A stretch of 38,198 nucleotides of DNA, taken from IMG/VR virus record IMGVR_UViG_3300020043_004799, positions 1-38,198 of that record, one strand, 5' to 3'. Shown piece after piece: positions 14,119-23,325 of the stretch. Within the stretch, counting starts at the first letter, position 1, and each line of letters begins with the position of its first letter. Made by a program: the position numbers and the translations under genes. The notes beneath the pieces are model-generated. The model saw nothing but the letters and a program-made list of their open reading frames with translations. It did no database searches and was not told where the DNA came from. The stretch is from a virus (taxonomy: Duplodnaviria; Caudoviricetes).

Positions 14119-14372
14119 CCCTACGTGAACGCATCGCAGACTGGATCAGCGGCGGGGCGCTGACGCGAGCGAGGCATGACGCGCGCCAAGGATGGGCCGA
14201 TGGGTATTGCCACCGCATTTCCTACGAATGGTGCAGGGACCAATACAAAGACAAGGCGCGCATGGCCCACACGCTGCAAGAGCGGCTCAACCGCATCGCT
14301 GCTTGCGAAACCCCCAACGCCAACGGCACAGTGCGCCGCATGGCACGTATCGCACGGGAGGCAATGGAATGA
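14115..14372 (+). CDS. Hypothetical protein
   Basis: ATGA coupling at both ends. Confidence 0.65.
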   Translation: MTLRERIADWISGGALTRARHDARQGWADGYCHRISYEWCRDQYKDKARMAHTLQERLNRIAACETPNANGTVRRMARIAREAME

Positions 14373-14740
14373 CACAAGACGAAACCATCATCGCCAACGC
14401 CTACCGCCTGCCGTCCTACATGACGCCAAGCCGCGAGATTGCACTGGCCGACGACATGGCCGCGCGTTGCCGCAACGAAGGCCACCGCCCGCAAATCATC
14501 TGCAACAGTCGCCTTACCGCCGAAGCGCAGTCAGAGCGCGCGGAAGTCGTGGCTGACCGGATCTACATCATGCTGTGCCGTGGTCCGATGTCGATGTTCG
14601 ATATTCGCAAGCGGACGCAGGTTCACAGATCAGAGGTTGACGCGGCGCTGGGAATTCTCACCCGCGCAGGCAAGGTGCGTCGGTGGGAGGTTGATATGTG
14701 GAGTAAACGCCAGCGCGTCATGTATGGGGCAATCCAATGA
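14369..14740 (+). CDS. Winged-HTH-like protein
   Basis: GPMSMFDIRKR..SEVDAALGILTRAGKV; coupled. Confidence 0.55.
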   Translation: MTQDETIIANAYRLPSYMTPSREIALADDMAARCRNEGHRPQIICNSRLTAEAQSERAEVVADRIYIMLCRGPMSMFDIRKRTQVHRSEVDAALGILTRAGKVRRWEVDMWSKRQRVMYGAIQ

Positions 14741-15054
14741 CCAAACCACGCAACGGGCCGGACCCGAAGAAGCTGGCAGCATATCAGGACTGCATCACGC
14801 GCGGCCTGACCGTCGATCAAACCGCCGAGGCGATGGGCGTCAAGCGCCACACCGTCAGAAGCTACGCGCGAGATAACGGGCTTGTGTTTGTGGATTACAA
14901 TCCGCGCTCCACGTCCAGAGCGCCGGACGCCGTGCCAACACGCGACGTGTGGGTGATCGAAAAGCATGCCGTCGAGGGCAGCCGTAATCCGATCACGATG
15001 CGCGTATCCCTTCCCAAGCCACCCTTTGAAATCGACATCAGGAGAACAGCATGA
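14737..15054 (+). CDS. HTH DNA-binding protein
   Basis: GLTVDQTAEAMGVKRHTVRSYA. Confidence 0.7.
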   Translation: MTKPRNGPDPKKLAAYQDCITRGLTVDQTAEAMGVKRHTVRSYARDNGLVFVDYNPRSTSRAPDAVPTRDVWVIEKHAVEGSRNPITMRVSLPKPPFEIDIRRTA

Positions 15055-15284
15055 ATATTGACTTGCCATTGTATGAGACAAAAAACAAGCTTCCAGAAAA
15101 GCCAGGGCTGAGAAGCTATGAATACGTCAAATGCCTGATTTTTGTAAACGGAGCTTGGGAGATCGGTATGTGGAATTGTGAGCATCTATGCTGGGACGAT
15201 GACGAGTGTGATGACTTCAGGTATCACCCACATGAGCCAACCCACTGGATGCCCCTTCCGCCTCCTCCCACAGGTGCAGCATGA
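15051..15284 (+). CDS. DUF551 family protein
   Basis: KLPE..PTHWMPLPPPP. Confidence 0.85.
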   Translation: MNIDLPLYETKNKLPEKPGLRSYEYVKCLIFVNGAWEIGMWNCEHLCWDDDECDDFRYHPHEPTHWMPLPPPPTGAA

Positions 15285-15535
15285 CCCCTCACATGGAAGC
15301 CTTGGCCTATCGCATATGGGCCTATGCAAACCCGCGCGAATGGGATTGCAGCTATGCCGAAATCGCGGATGGCACGGGGATCAGCCTTGGCATGGTGTCG
15401 CAGGTCATCACGCAGAAAAACTGGGGTGGCCGCGTACCAAATCATACAAACATCACGTCGGCGCACAAATGGCAGCACATGCACGGCCAGAATGTGGACC
15501 CGAATTTGCTGGCCGTGGATCAACTAATGCTATGA
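15281..15535 (+). CDS. HTH protein
   Basis: CSYAEIADGTGISLGMVSQVI. Confidence 0.7.
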   Translation: MTPHMEALAYRIWAYANPREWDCSYAEIADGTGISLGMVSQVITQKNWGGRVPNHTNITSAHKWQHMHGQNVDPNLLAVDQLML

Positions 15536-15623
15536 TCCGCCATCGCCACATGCTAAACAAAAGGGGCGGATGCCGAAAACACCCGCCCCACATCAGCGCA
15601 TAACCAGCAAGGAGATCGCGCCA

Positions 15624-15863
15624 ATGGATAAACAGAATTTACACGATGCAGGCACAGCGGGCAAGGGGCTTAGCGCTGTTGAGGCGCTGGCAAATGCCGC
15701 CGTAGGTCTTGCCGTGTCGTGGTGTGCCACCTATGCGCTGCTGCCATTGTGGGGCTTAATGCCAAGCGCTGGGCAGTCCGCTGGCATCACGGGAATGTTC
15801 TTCGTGCTGTCTTTCGCGCGGGCTTTCATCATTCGGGAGGCTTTCCGCAAATGGGCATCGTGA
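15624..15863 (+). CDS. Small two-TM phage protein (DUF7220-like)
   Basis: SAVEALANAAVG..FFVLSFARAFIIREAF; AAGGAG RBS. Confidence 0.7.
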   Translation: MDKQNLHDAGTAGKGLSAVEALANAAVGLAVSWCATYALLPLWGLMPSAGQSAGITGMFFVLSFARAFIIREAFRKWAS

Positions 15864-16510
15864 AAGAAGAACGGATCGGTGATTGTCGCCTGATCTTGGG
15901 CGATTGCCAGCAAGTCATGCCGCTGATTGGAAGGGTCGATGCGGTTGTTACGGACCCGCCGTATGGGATTGGCATCACCAGCAGCGCCCGCCTTGCGGTT
16001 AGTCGTGGCTTGGGTGGTAAGTCTTGGGATGATGCTCCCGCCGATGTATCGAAGATTATGGCGCTCGGTATTCCTACCATTATTTGGGGCGGAAACTGCT
16101 TTGACCTACCTCCGACTCGTGCGCCGCTTGTTTGGGACAAGGACAATGCAGGGCGCGACTTTGCAGACGTAGAGTTGGCGTGGTCAAATCTGGATATGGT
16201 GGCGCGTCGTTTTGTGATGCGCCCGATGAACATGGACGGCGGCAAGCAGCACCCAACCCAAAAGCCACTCGCCCTTATGGAATGGTGCTTGGGCTTCCTG
16301 CCAAACGCGAAAACCATCCTTGACCCATTCATGGGCAGCGGCACAACACTTGTCGCCTGCGCAAAGATGGGCCGCAAGGGCATCGGAATTGAGTTGGACC
16401 CAGACTATTTTGACATAGCCTGCCGCCGCGTTGAGCAAGCCTATCGCCAGCCTGATCTGTTTATAGCGCCCCCAGCGCCGCCAGCCGTGCAGGAAGGGTT
16501 TGACCTATGA
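15851..16510 (+). CDS. DNA amino-methyltransferase (N6-A/N4-C, beta class)
   Basis: TDPPYG, HPTQKP, LDPFMGSGTT in beta order; QPDLF near C-terminus. Confidence 0.92.
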   Translation: MGIVKEERIGDCRLILGDCQQVMPLIGRVDAVVTDPPYGIGITSSARLAVSRGLGGKSWDDAPADVSKIMALGIPTIIWGGNCFDLPPTRAPLVWDKDNAGRDFADVELAWSNLDMVARRFVMRPMNMDGGKQHPTQKPLALMEWCLGFLPNAKTILDPFMGSGTTLVACAKMGRKGIGIELDPDYFDIACRRVEQAYRQPDLFIAPPAPPAVQEGFDL

Positions 16511-16710
16511 ACATCCATACAGACCTGATCTGGTGGGAAGACCTCATCTGGGCAGGCATAACCCCGCCAGCAGGCGGAAGCCGCAAGACGACATGCCCCG
16601 TGTGCAGCCATACGCGCACTAAGCCTGACGAAAAGTGTGTATCGGTCTACTATGACCCACCGGGCGCGCATTGCCACCATTGCGCCAAGACATGGGAGTT
16701 TGCAGCATGA
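16507..16710 (+). CDS. Stand-alone primase-type zinc-binding domain
   Basis: TTCPVCSHTR.K..EKCVSV..CHHC. Confidence 0.65.
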   Translation: MNIHTDLIWWEDLIWAGITPPAGGSRKTTCPVCSHTRTKPDEKCVSVYYDPPGAHCHHCAKTWEFAA

Positions 16711-16976
16711 GCGCATACATCGATCCTGTCCTCATTGCGATGGTGTCAAGCGCTGGCATGGGCCGAGAATACACGGCAGACGACATCGCCGCACGCGCGC
16801 GCATTGTCCACGCTGGGGCCAAAGAAGGGCTGATGACATGTGTCCGCCGTGGTCTGGTGGAAGCTGTCTATCTGCCTCAAGGCGCGCGTGGGTATCGCCT
16901 GACCGAAGAAGGCCGCGCGCAGGCATCCCGCCTATTCGCAACGCGCGGTGTATTCAAAACACGGAGGGTATCGTGA
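16707..16976 (+). CDS. Winged-HTH-like protein
   Basis: TADDIAAR..RRGLVE..YRLTEEGR. Confidence 0.6.
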   Translation: MSAYIDPVLIAMVSSAGMGREYTADDIAARARIVHAGAKEGLMTCVRRGLVEAVYLPQGARGYRLTEEGRAQASRLFATRGVFKTRRVS

Positions 16977-17152
16977 TGACATGGCTTCTGATCCTGAAAC
17001 TGTCCACCATGACCGATCCTGTCGCAATCGGCATGTTCTACGACAAGTCGATGTGCGAACTCGCGGGCAACGGCATGGGCCTGCAAATCCAGCGTGCAGA
17101 GCCGCACGTGTCCGTCACATACCATTGCGCCTATGTGGGGGATGACGCCTAA
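16976..17152 (+). CDS. Small hypothetical protein
   Basis: TGATG coupling, GGAGG RBS, MTWLLIL..C..C. Confidence 0.6.
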   Translation: MTWLLILKLSTMTDPVAIGMFYDKSMCELAGNGMGLQIQRAEPHVSVTYHCAYVGDDA

Positions 17153-17488
17153 ATGAACAATCAACACAAAGGAAACCAAATGAACCACAAAACTCAGCAC
17201 GGTTTTTCCGGCATCGCTACCGCAGGATCATCCGACAGCCTCATGAGTAAAAACATTGATGGAATATTTCAGCAGTTGCTTGACCTGAGTGGCAGGATTG
17301 CTGACGTGAAACATCGAACTACCAATGAACTGATGCGGCTGAATGGCTCATGGCCTGTTGACCCTGATGAATCTTTGTGTGGGCCTGAGACGGATGGGCT
17401 TATTCCGGCAATCAATGGCGTTATCGCCGCAATGCGCCGGAACGTCGATGAACTTGAGGCTAACGCGAACCGCTTGAGCAACCTTTGA
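17153..17488 (+). CDS. Helical/coiled-coil hypothetical protein (start may be 17180)
   Basis: AAAGGA RBS before 17180; heptad pattern. Confidence 0.65.
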   Translation: MNNQHKGNQMNHKTQHGFSGIATAGSSDSLMSKNIDGIFQQLLDLSGRIADVKHRTTNELMRLNGSWPVDPDESLCGPETDGLIPAINGVIAAMRRNVDELEANANRLSNL

Positions 17489-17651
17489 CCGCCTAGCCCG
17501 ACCACGGCTATAAACTGGCCCTAATCGGATAGAGGGGGCGATGTGGCGTTGCATGCGCGCCAATCATCCGAAGCGCGGGAACGGGAATTTGAGGCCACAT
17601 TACTCCGCCCGAAGCCCGCGCAACTATCTTCTCAATATCTGCATTTTCCCC

Positions 17652-17680
17652 TTGCATGGCTTATCAATATTGGCTAATGT
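17652..17680 (+). promoter_or_regulatory. Sigma70-like promoter with palindrome in spacer
   Basis: TTGCAT-N17-TAATGT; CAATATTG at 17665-17672. Confidence 0.55.
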
Positions 17681-17721
17681 CTATGTATGGAAACAGCGAA
17701 AGCCACAAACGGAGAACGAAA

Positions 17722-17871
17722 ATGGAAAAGATGACCCGCGCCCAAGCCAAAGCAGAAGCTGCCAACCGTGGCGTGAAGTATCGCATCACCAAGGATGGTG
17801 AAGTGCATTTTTACGGGGTGATACCGAACTCAAATAAGGTTGGCTGGTATCTTGCCGCGTGGGCAGCATGA
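17722..17871 (+). CDS. 49-aa hypothetical protein (anti-defence candidate)
   Basis: GGAG RBS, ATGA-coupled to an HTH gene. Confidence 0.7.
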   Translation: MEKMTRAQAKAEAANRGVKYRITKDGEVHFYGVIPNSNKVGWYLAAWAA

Positions 17872-18080
17872 CCCCCGCAGACTGGAGCCGCTTCAAGGAT
17901 CAGCAAGGCATGACATGGCAGCAACTCGCTGCCACTGTCGGCCTTTCGCAAACGCATCTGGCAGAGTATCGCGCCGGAACTCGCCCCACCCCGCGTAAGG
18001 TCGCGCTAGCTGTCGCTGCAATAGCGTTTGGCTTGCCGGAGTATGGCGCAACTTGCCACCACCTGCAAAATCAGGCATAA
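17868..18080 (+). CDS. XRE HTH regulator, Aca-like
   Basis: GMTWQQLAATVGLSQTHLAEYRAGTRPTPRKVALA. Confidence 0.8.
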   Translation: MTPADWSRFKDQQGMTWQQLAATVGLSQTHLAEYRAGTRPTPRKVALAVAAIAFGLPEYGATCHHLQNQA

Positions 18081-18081
18081 T
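18053..18081 (+). promoter_or_regulatory. Sigma70-like promoter
   Basis: TTGCCA-N17-CATAAT. Confidence 0.55.
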
Positions 18082-18127
18082 CAACTTTCCAGCGTCGGGA
18101 TACGGCGCAAAAGCAAGGAGACCACCC

Positions 18128-18349
18128 ATGAAATCCATCTTCGCCGCACTCGCATCGTTTGCACTGGCATCAACCGCACTCGCCGACGCGCCCGCAGGTG
18201 CCGCATCCGCAAACTGCGACATCACCCAGTTCACGCCGATCATGTCCGCAGATGGCACGACCATCCTCTACTGGAATAACCCCACCTGCAAGAACCCCGC
18301 CCCCCGCGCCGCGTGTGAGCATGACGGTTCCTGCGAGATGGATGAGTGA
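18128..18349 (+). CDS. Small secreted/periplasmic Cys-containing protein
   Basis: Sec signal MKSIFAALASFALASTALA; four Cys; AAGGAG RBS. Confidence 0.75.
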   Translation: MKSIFAALASFALASTALADAPAGAASANCDITQFTPIMSADGTTILYWNNPTCKNPAPRAACEHDGSCEMDE

Positions 18350-18630
18350 CCATGGATTTTGGTGATGCAATCCGCGCCATGAAGGCCAGAAAGAAAGTGG
18401 CCCGTTCGGGCTGGAATGGCAAGGGGATGTGGCTGAAGATGATCCGTGGCCGTGACGTCACGCTTCACAACAACGGCTTCGGGCCTATCAACGAACACGA
18501 CCACGATTGGACGAGCAGGGTTCCTCGCCTGCTTGACTGGATCGGCATGAAGACAGCCGACAATAGCTTCGTCCCGTGGCTGGCATCGCAGACCGACATG
18601 TTGGCCGAAGATTGGGCCATCGTCGAGTAA
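18346..18630 (+). CDS. tad2: DUF2829 / Thoeris anti-defence Tad2-family protein
   Basis: MDFGDAI..KKVARSGWNGKGMWL..PWLASQTDMLAEDW. Confidence 0.85.
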   Translation: MTMDFGDAIRAMKARKKVARSGWNGKGMWLKMIRGRDVTLHNNGFGPINEHDHDWTSRVPRLLDWIGMKTADNSFVPWLASQTDMLAEDWAIVE

Positions 18631-18637
18631 CACCATC

Positions 18638-18662
18638 AGGGCGGTGTAACGGCCGCCCTTTT
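18638..18662 (+). terminator. Terminator after DUF2829 gene
   Basis: AGGGCGG/CCGCCCT stem + T run. Confidence 0.6.
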
Positions 18663-18689
18663 GACGACACTTAGCACAAGTGGTAAGTT
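18661..18689 (+). promoter_or_regulatory. Sigma70-like promoter for terminase genes
   Basis: TTGACG-N17-TAAGTT just before ATG 18695. Confidence 0.55.
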
Positions 18690-18694
18690 TCCTA

Positions 18695-19123
18695 ATGACG
18701 GAAAAAAAGGGAAAGCCAGGAAATCCAAACCCGTCCCCTGCAACGCGCTTCGGGGCTGGCAATCGCGCAAATCCGAACGGAAAAACTTCCGAGCAAAAAC
18801 GCCTTGAAATGACAACCGCCGAAGCCGCCTTGCGCAATGCTGAGGCGGCTATTCGCATTCGTGAGCGCATCCTTCGCGCGGCAGAGGCCCGCATGGTGGA
18901 ACTGTCGACAGAGGAAGTGCTGTCCGAGTTTGTCGAAGCCGCCATGTTGAAGCTGCTGACCGATAGCGAGACGCGGGGCCTTGGCGCGCCTGTGCAGCCA
19001 GTAGATCATACGACAAACGGCAAGGACATTACCCCAGACGTTCCAGCAACGCAGCGCCTAGCAGAGAGGCTTGCAGACATTGAGCAGCGTATCAGAGCGG
19101 CTGGCACTCCTTCCGCCGAGTGA
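18695..19123 (+). CDS. terS: Terminase small subunit
   Basis: GNPNPSPATRF..ANPNG N-terminus, DHTTNG; upstream of and overlapping terL. Confidence 0.75.
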   Translation: MTEKKGKPGNPNPSPATRFGAGNRANPNGKTSEQKRLEMTTAEAALRNAEAAIRIRERILRAAEARMVELSTEEVLSEFVEAAMLKLLTDSETRGLGAPVQPVDHTTNGKDITPDVPATQRLAERLADIEQRIRAAGTPSAE

Positions 19124-20420
19124 GCGGGCCGCTGTATTGGCAGACCTTACAGACGCCGAGGCCGAAGCCCTGCTATACGATTGGCGGGGCTTTAATGCAC
19201 GTCCAGAGCAGATCGCGCCGGACGGTGATTGGGATATATGGATGGTTCTGGCGGGCCGTGGGTTTGGGAAAACCCGCACGGGCGCGGAAATGGTCCGCGA
19301 GGAAGTCGAAAGCAATAGGTCTGGGCGCATTGGCCTTGTCGCAGAAACAGCGGCAGACGCGCGCGACGTGATGGTGGCTGAGTTGCTGCGGATATTCCCG
19401 AAGGCAGATCGGCCCGTCTATAAGTCGTCCAAGCGCAGCATAACGTTCGCCAACGGGGCCGAGGCGTTCACATACAACGCCACAGAGCCGGATCAACTTC
19501 GCGGGCCTCAGCACGATTTCCTGTGGCATGATGAGTTGGCGAAATGGAGGTACGCCCGCGAGACTTGGGATCAAGCGCAGTTTGGCCTGCGCCTTGGCAA
19601 GCACCCGCGCCAGATCGTCACCACAACGCCGCGCCCGATTGAGTTGATCAAGGCTATCGTGGCGGGTCAGGAAGGCCGCGTTCATATCACGCGCGGGTCA
19701 ACGATGGACAACCGCACCAACCTTGCGGGATCATTCCTCGACCGCATCCAGGCTCGCTACGCTGGCACTCGATTGGGTCGGCAGGAATTGAACGCGGAAA
19801 TCCTTGGCGACCTTCCCGGCGCGCTGTGGTCGATGGCAACGCTAGACACATACCGTCTGCGAGAGGCCCCACAGTTGCGGCGTATTGTCGTATCTGTTGA
19901 CCCTGCCGTAACAAATACAGAGGCGAGCGACGAACACGGCATCATCGTGGCGGGGCTAACAGATGATCAGCGTGGCATCGTTCTGGAGGATGCCAGCATT
20001 TCCGGCAGCCCTATGGAATGGGCGCGACGGGCCGTGTCCCTATATCGCTCTTGGCAGGCTGACGGGATTGTGGTGGAGGTCAACCAAGGCGGCGACATGG
20101 TGGCGCATACCATCCGCACGATTGATCCGACGGTTAAGGTTATCGAGGTTCGGGCCAGCCGTGGAAAGCATGTCAGGGCCGAGCCTATCGCGGCGCTGTA
20201 TGAGCAAGGCAAGATCGCCCATGTCGGTTCGTTTGCGGTTTTGGAGAACCAGATGACACAGATGACCACAAGCGGTTATGATGGCGATGGGTCGCCGGAT
20301 CGTGTAGACGCGTTGGTCTGGGCCATGACTGACCTATTCCCGCAGATGGTTTCAGCCCCGCCAAAGCCTATCGTCCCGATGCCCATGCGCGCAGGGCTTG
20401 GCGCTAATCGCCGAATGTAG
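19071..20420 (+). CDS. terL: Terminase large subunit (TTG start 19071 or 19080)
   Basis: Walker A AGRGFGKT, LRGPQ..WHDE, TTTP, nuclease VDPA..SPDRVDA. Confidence 0.95.
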   Translation: MQTLSSVSERLALLPPSERAAVLADLTDAEAEALLYDWRGFNARPEQIAPDGDWDIWMVLAGRGFGKTRTGAEMVREEVESNRSGRIGLVAETAADARDVMVAELLRIFPKADRPVYKSSKRSITFANGAEAFTYNATEPDQLRGPQHDFLWHDELAKWRYARETWDQAQFGLRLGKHPRQIVTTTPRPIELIKAIVAGQEGRVHITRGSTMDNRTNLAGSFLDRIQARYAGTRLGRQELNAEILGDLPGALWSMATLDTYRLREAPQLRRIVVSVDPAVTNTEASDEHGIIVAGLTDDQRGIVLEDASISGSPMEWARRAVSLYRSWQADGIVVEVNQGGDMVAHTIRTIDPTVKVIEVRASRGKHVRAEPIAALYEQGKIAHVGSFAVLENQMTQMTTSGYDGDGSPDRVDALVWAMTDLFPQMVSAPPKPIVPMPMRAGLGANRRM

Positions 20421-20446
20421 TAGAGTGCCGCGAAATGGGGGAAACC

Positions 20447-22471
20447 ATGCCGAGAAAATCCAAAGCCCAGCGCCTTGCAGAAATCCACGCAACGGCTTTG
20501 GCTCAGTTCGACGAAAGCTACAACGCCACGCGCCGCGACCGTGAAAATGCGCTTATGTCGCGTCGGTTCGTCAATATTCGTGGCGCGCAGTGGGAATGGG
20601 ATAGCGAACAGCAATTCCAAAACCGGATGCGGCTTGAGATCGACCACATTTCCGGCGCTGTGACGCGGATCAAAAACGAATACCGCAAGAGCCGGATCGA
20701 GGCCAAGTTTATCCCGGCGGACGGCAGCGATGCGGATGCGCTGTCCGATGCTTGTGCCAGCCGCTTTCGGGCCGATACCTGCGATGCGCGAGGGCGTGAG
20801 GCGCGCGACATGGCATTCGATAGCGCGGTTGAGGGCGGTATCGGCGGTGTTCGCCTGCGGGCCGAATACGAGAGCGACGAATATCAGCGCATCTGTCTTG
20901 AGCCGATCAATGACGCTGAAAGCAGCCTGTTCTTTGACGCCAACTCCAAACTGAAAGACAAGTCTGACGCAGAACATGCGTTTCTGATCACGCCTTGGAC
21001 GCGCCGTGCGTTTGTTGCTGAGTATGGCGAGGATGCTGCAAGCTGGCCTTCGGAGTTGGTGGGCCAGTATAAGTTCAACTGGTTTGGCGATGGCACTGAC
21101 TTGGTTTTCGTCTGCGAATATTTCGTCAAAGAAGACCGGATCGATACCTATCGCGTGTTCAAAGGTTTTGGCGACGAGGTGCAAGAGTTCCTTGTTGATG
21201 ACATTGCCGACGATGAAGTGACTGACCTTCTGGCGACGGGCTTTGTTGAGATTGAACCGCGCAAGGAAGAGGTTGATCAGGTCCGCAAGTATGTCCTGAA
21301 CGGTGCGAAGGTTCTGGAAGATGGCGACATCATTCCGGGCCGTGAAATCCCGTTGGTGCCGCAGTATGGGCATCGCACAGTGATCAGCAATGTGGAAAGC
21401 TTTCGCGGGCATGTGCTGAAAAGCATGGACCCGCAGATCGTCTATAACCTGCAAGTCAGCAAGGTCGCGGAAACTGCGGCATCGTCTGGCATTGAAAAGC
21501 CGATCTTCATTGACGAGCAAATCAACTCGTATGCCGCAGAGTGGCAGAATGACCATATCGACAACAACGCATTCCTGCGGGTGTCGAAACTGACGGACGC
21601 GCAGGGCAATGCAATTGCATCGGGGCCGATTGGATTCACCAAGTCACCTGATGTTGCGCCTGCCGTTGCCGCACTGGTTAGCCTGACCAAGCAAGACATC
21701 ACCGATCAGTTGGGCAACCCGCAGAACGGTGAAATGGTGCAGCCGGATATGTCTGGTGTTGCTATGGATCTGGTGCAGGGCCGGATTGACATGCAGTCAT
21801 TTGGCTACATGGATAACGCAGCCGATGCAGAGCGGCGCATTGCCGAAATCTGGCAAAGCATGGCAGCGGAAATCTATGTTGAAAAGGGCCGCAAGCTGAA
21901 AACGCTTTCGCCGGATGGCAAGCGCGGCACTGTTGAGTTGGGCCGGATGATCCTAGACGCGAAGACGGGCGAGATGGTGCCGGAAGTTGACTTTTCGCGG
22001 GCGTCGTTTGATGTTGAAGTGGACGTTGGGCCGACAAGCGCAAGTCGCCGATCTGCCATTGTCCGCACCATTTCTAACCTGATCGGCGTCACGGCTGATC
22101 CGGAAATGCAGGCGGTGCTAACCCACACGGCGCTGATGAACCTTGAGGGCGAGGGCATCGCATCGTTGCGGGATTGGTCGCGGTCAAAGCTGGTGGCGAT
22201 GGGCGTCGTGAAGCCCACGAAAGAGGAAATGGCGGAATTGGCCGCAGCGCAGCAACCGCCAGCGCCTGATCCGCAGGCTATTCTTGCCGATGCAATGGCG
22301 ATGGAAGCCAAGGCCAAGGCAATGAAGGCCGAGGCTGATACGATGCTGGCCATTGCCCGCACCAAGGAAACTGAGGCCAAAACGGCGGAAACGTTGGCGG
22401 GCATCCCGATCAGTCAGCAGGAAAGCGCATTGAAGACCGCGCAGGCCATTGCTGGCGCAATCAATCAATAG
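20447..22471 (+). CDS. Portal protein, P22-like
   Basis: About 675 aa after terL; GAQWE, EIPLVPQYG, VDVGP motifs; C-terminal helical barrel-like region. Confidence 0.9.
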   Translation: MPRKSKAQRLAEIHATALAQFDESYNATRRDRENALMSRRFVNIRGAQWEWDSEQQFQNRMRLEIDHISGAVTRIKNEYRKSRIEAKFIPADGSDADALSDACASRFRADTCDARGREARDMAFDSAVEGGIGGVRLRAEYESDEYQRICLEPINDAESSLFFDANSKLKDKSDAEHAFLITPWTRRAFVAEYGEDAASWPSELVGQYKFNWFGDGTDLVFVCEYFVKEDRIDTYRVFKGFGDEVQEFLVDDIADDEVTDLLATGFVEIEPRKEEVDQVRKYVLNGAKVLEDGDIIPGREIPLVPQYGHRTVISNVESFRGHVLKSMDPQIVYNLQVSKVAETAASSGIEKPIFIDEQINSYAAEWQNDHIDNNAFLRVSKLTDAQGNAIASGPIGFTKSPDVAPAVAALVSLTKQDITDQLGNPQNGEMVQPDMSGVAMDLVQGRIDMQSFGYMDNAADAERRIAEIWQSMAAEIYVEKGRKLKTLSPDGKRGTVELGRMILDAKTGEMVPEVDFSRASFDVEVDVGPTSASRRSAIVRTISNLIGVTADPEMQAVLTHTALMNLEGEGIASLRDWSRSKLVAMGVVKPTKEEMAELAAAQQPPAPDPQAILADAMAMEAKAKAMKAEADTMLAIARTKETEAKTAETLAGIPISQQESALKTAQAIAGAINQ

Positions 22472-22485
22472 GGCAAGGAGCGAAA

Positions 22486-23325
22486 ATGCTGGACGGTCAA
22501 GCGGACGTTGCGACGGAAGACCAAGTTGATGTGATCGAGGCTGAGGCGGAAACGCCGGAGCCGGATGAGATTGTCATCACGCTTGAGGGTGAAGACCCTG
22601 AGGTTGATGAATTCGCTGATGTCGAGGCTGAGTTGGGCGACAAAGGCAAGCGGGCGCTAAAGGCCGCGCGTGATGCCCAGAAGGCGGCGGCAGCGGAAGC
22701 GCGTGAGGCCAAGGCGCGGCTGGCCGAACTGGAAGCGGCGGCAAAGCCGAAAGAGCCTGAGATCAAGCGCCCGTCGCTTGAAGAGTGCGGGTTCAATGAG
22801 GATACATTCGCTGACCAGATGGCGGCTTATGTCGCGGCGCAAGAAAAGGTCAAAGCGGCAAAGGTTGAGGAAGAGGCCAGAGCCAAAGCCGCAGCCGAGG
22901 CCTATCAGGCCAAACTGGACCGCTACCATTCGGAACGTGCCAAGGTCGGGGTTGATGATGATGCACAGGCGCGCGTTGTCGCTGCCCTGACCCCGCAGCA
23001 ACAGTCGGCCCTGATGGATGCCAGCGCCGATCCGGCAAAGGTTGTGGCGGCTCTTTCGAAAACGCCGAAGGTGCTGGCGGAATTGTCCGGCATCAAGGAA
23101 ATCCACAAATTCGCGTATCGGCTGGCACAGATCGAAGGGAAAATTCAGATGACCACAAAAGCCCCGCCCCCGCCGGAAACCAAGCTGCGCGGCGGTGGAA
23201 GCCCTGTTGATGCTGTCAGCGCAATCCCTCTGGAAAAACTGCGCGACAAGGCCGAGGCGACGGGAGACTACACGGCATATCTGGCCGAAAAGCGCCGCCG
23301 CCAAGCCTCTGGCGTCAAGTCTTGA
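22486..23325 (+). CDS. Scaffolding protein
   Basis: Acidic N-terminus, coiled coil, basic C-terminal coat-binding-like helix; between portal and coat. Confidence 0.85.
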   Translation: MLDGQADVATEDQVDVIEAEAETPEPDEIVITLEGEDPEVDEFADVEAELGDKGKRALKAARDAQKAAAAEAREAKARLAELEAAAKPKEPEIKRPSLEECGFNEDTFADQMAAYVAAQEKVKAAKVEEEARAKAAAEAYQAKLDRYHSERAKVGVDDDAQARVVAALTPQQQSALMDASADPAKVVAALSKTPKVLAELSGIKEIHKFAYRLAQIEGKIQMTTKAPPPPETKLRGGGSPVDAVSAIPLEKLRDKAEATGDYTAYLAEKRRRQASGVKS

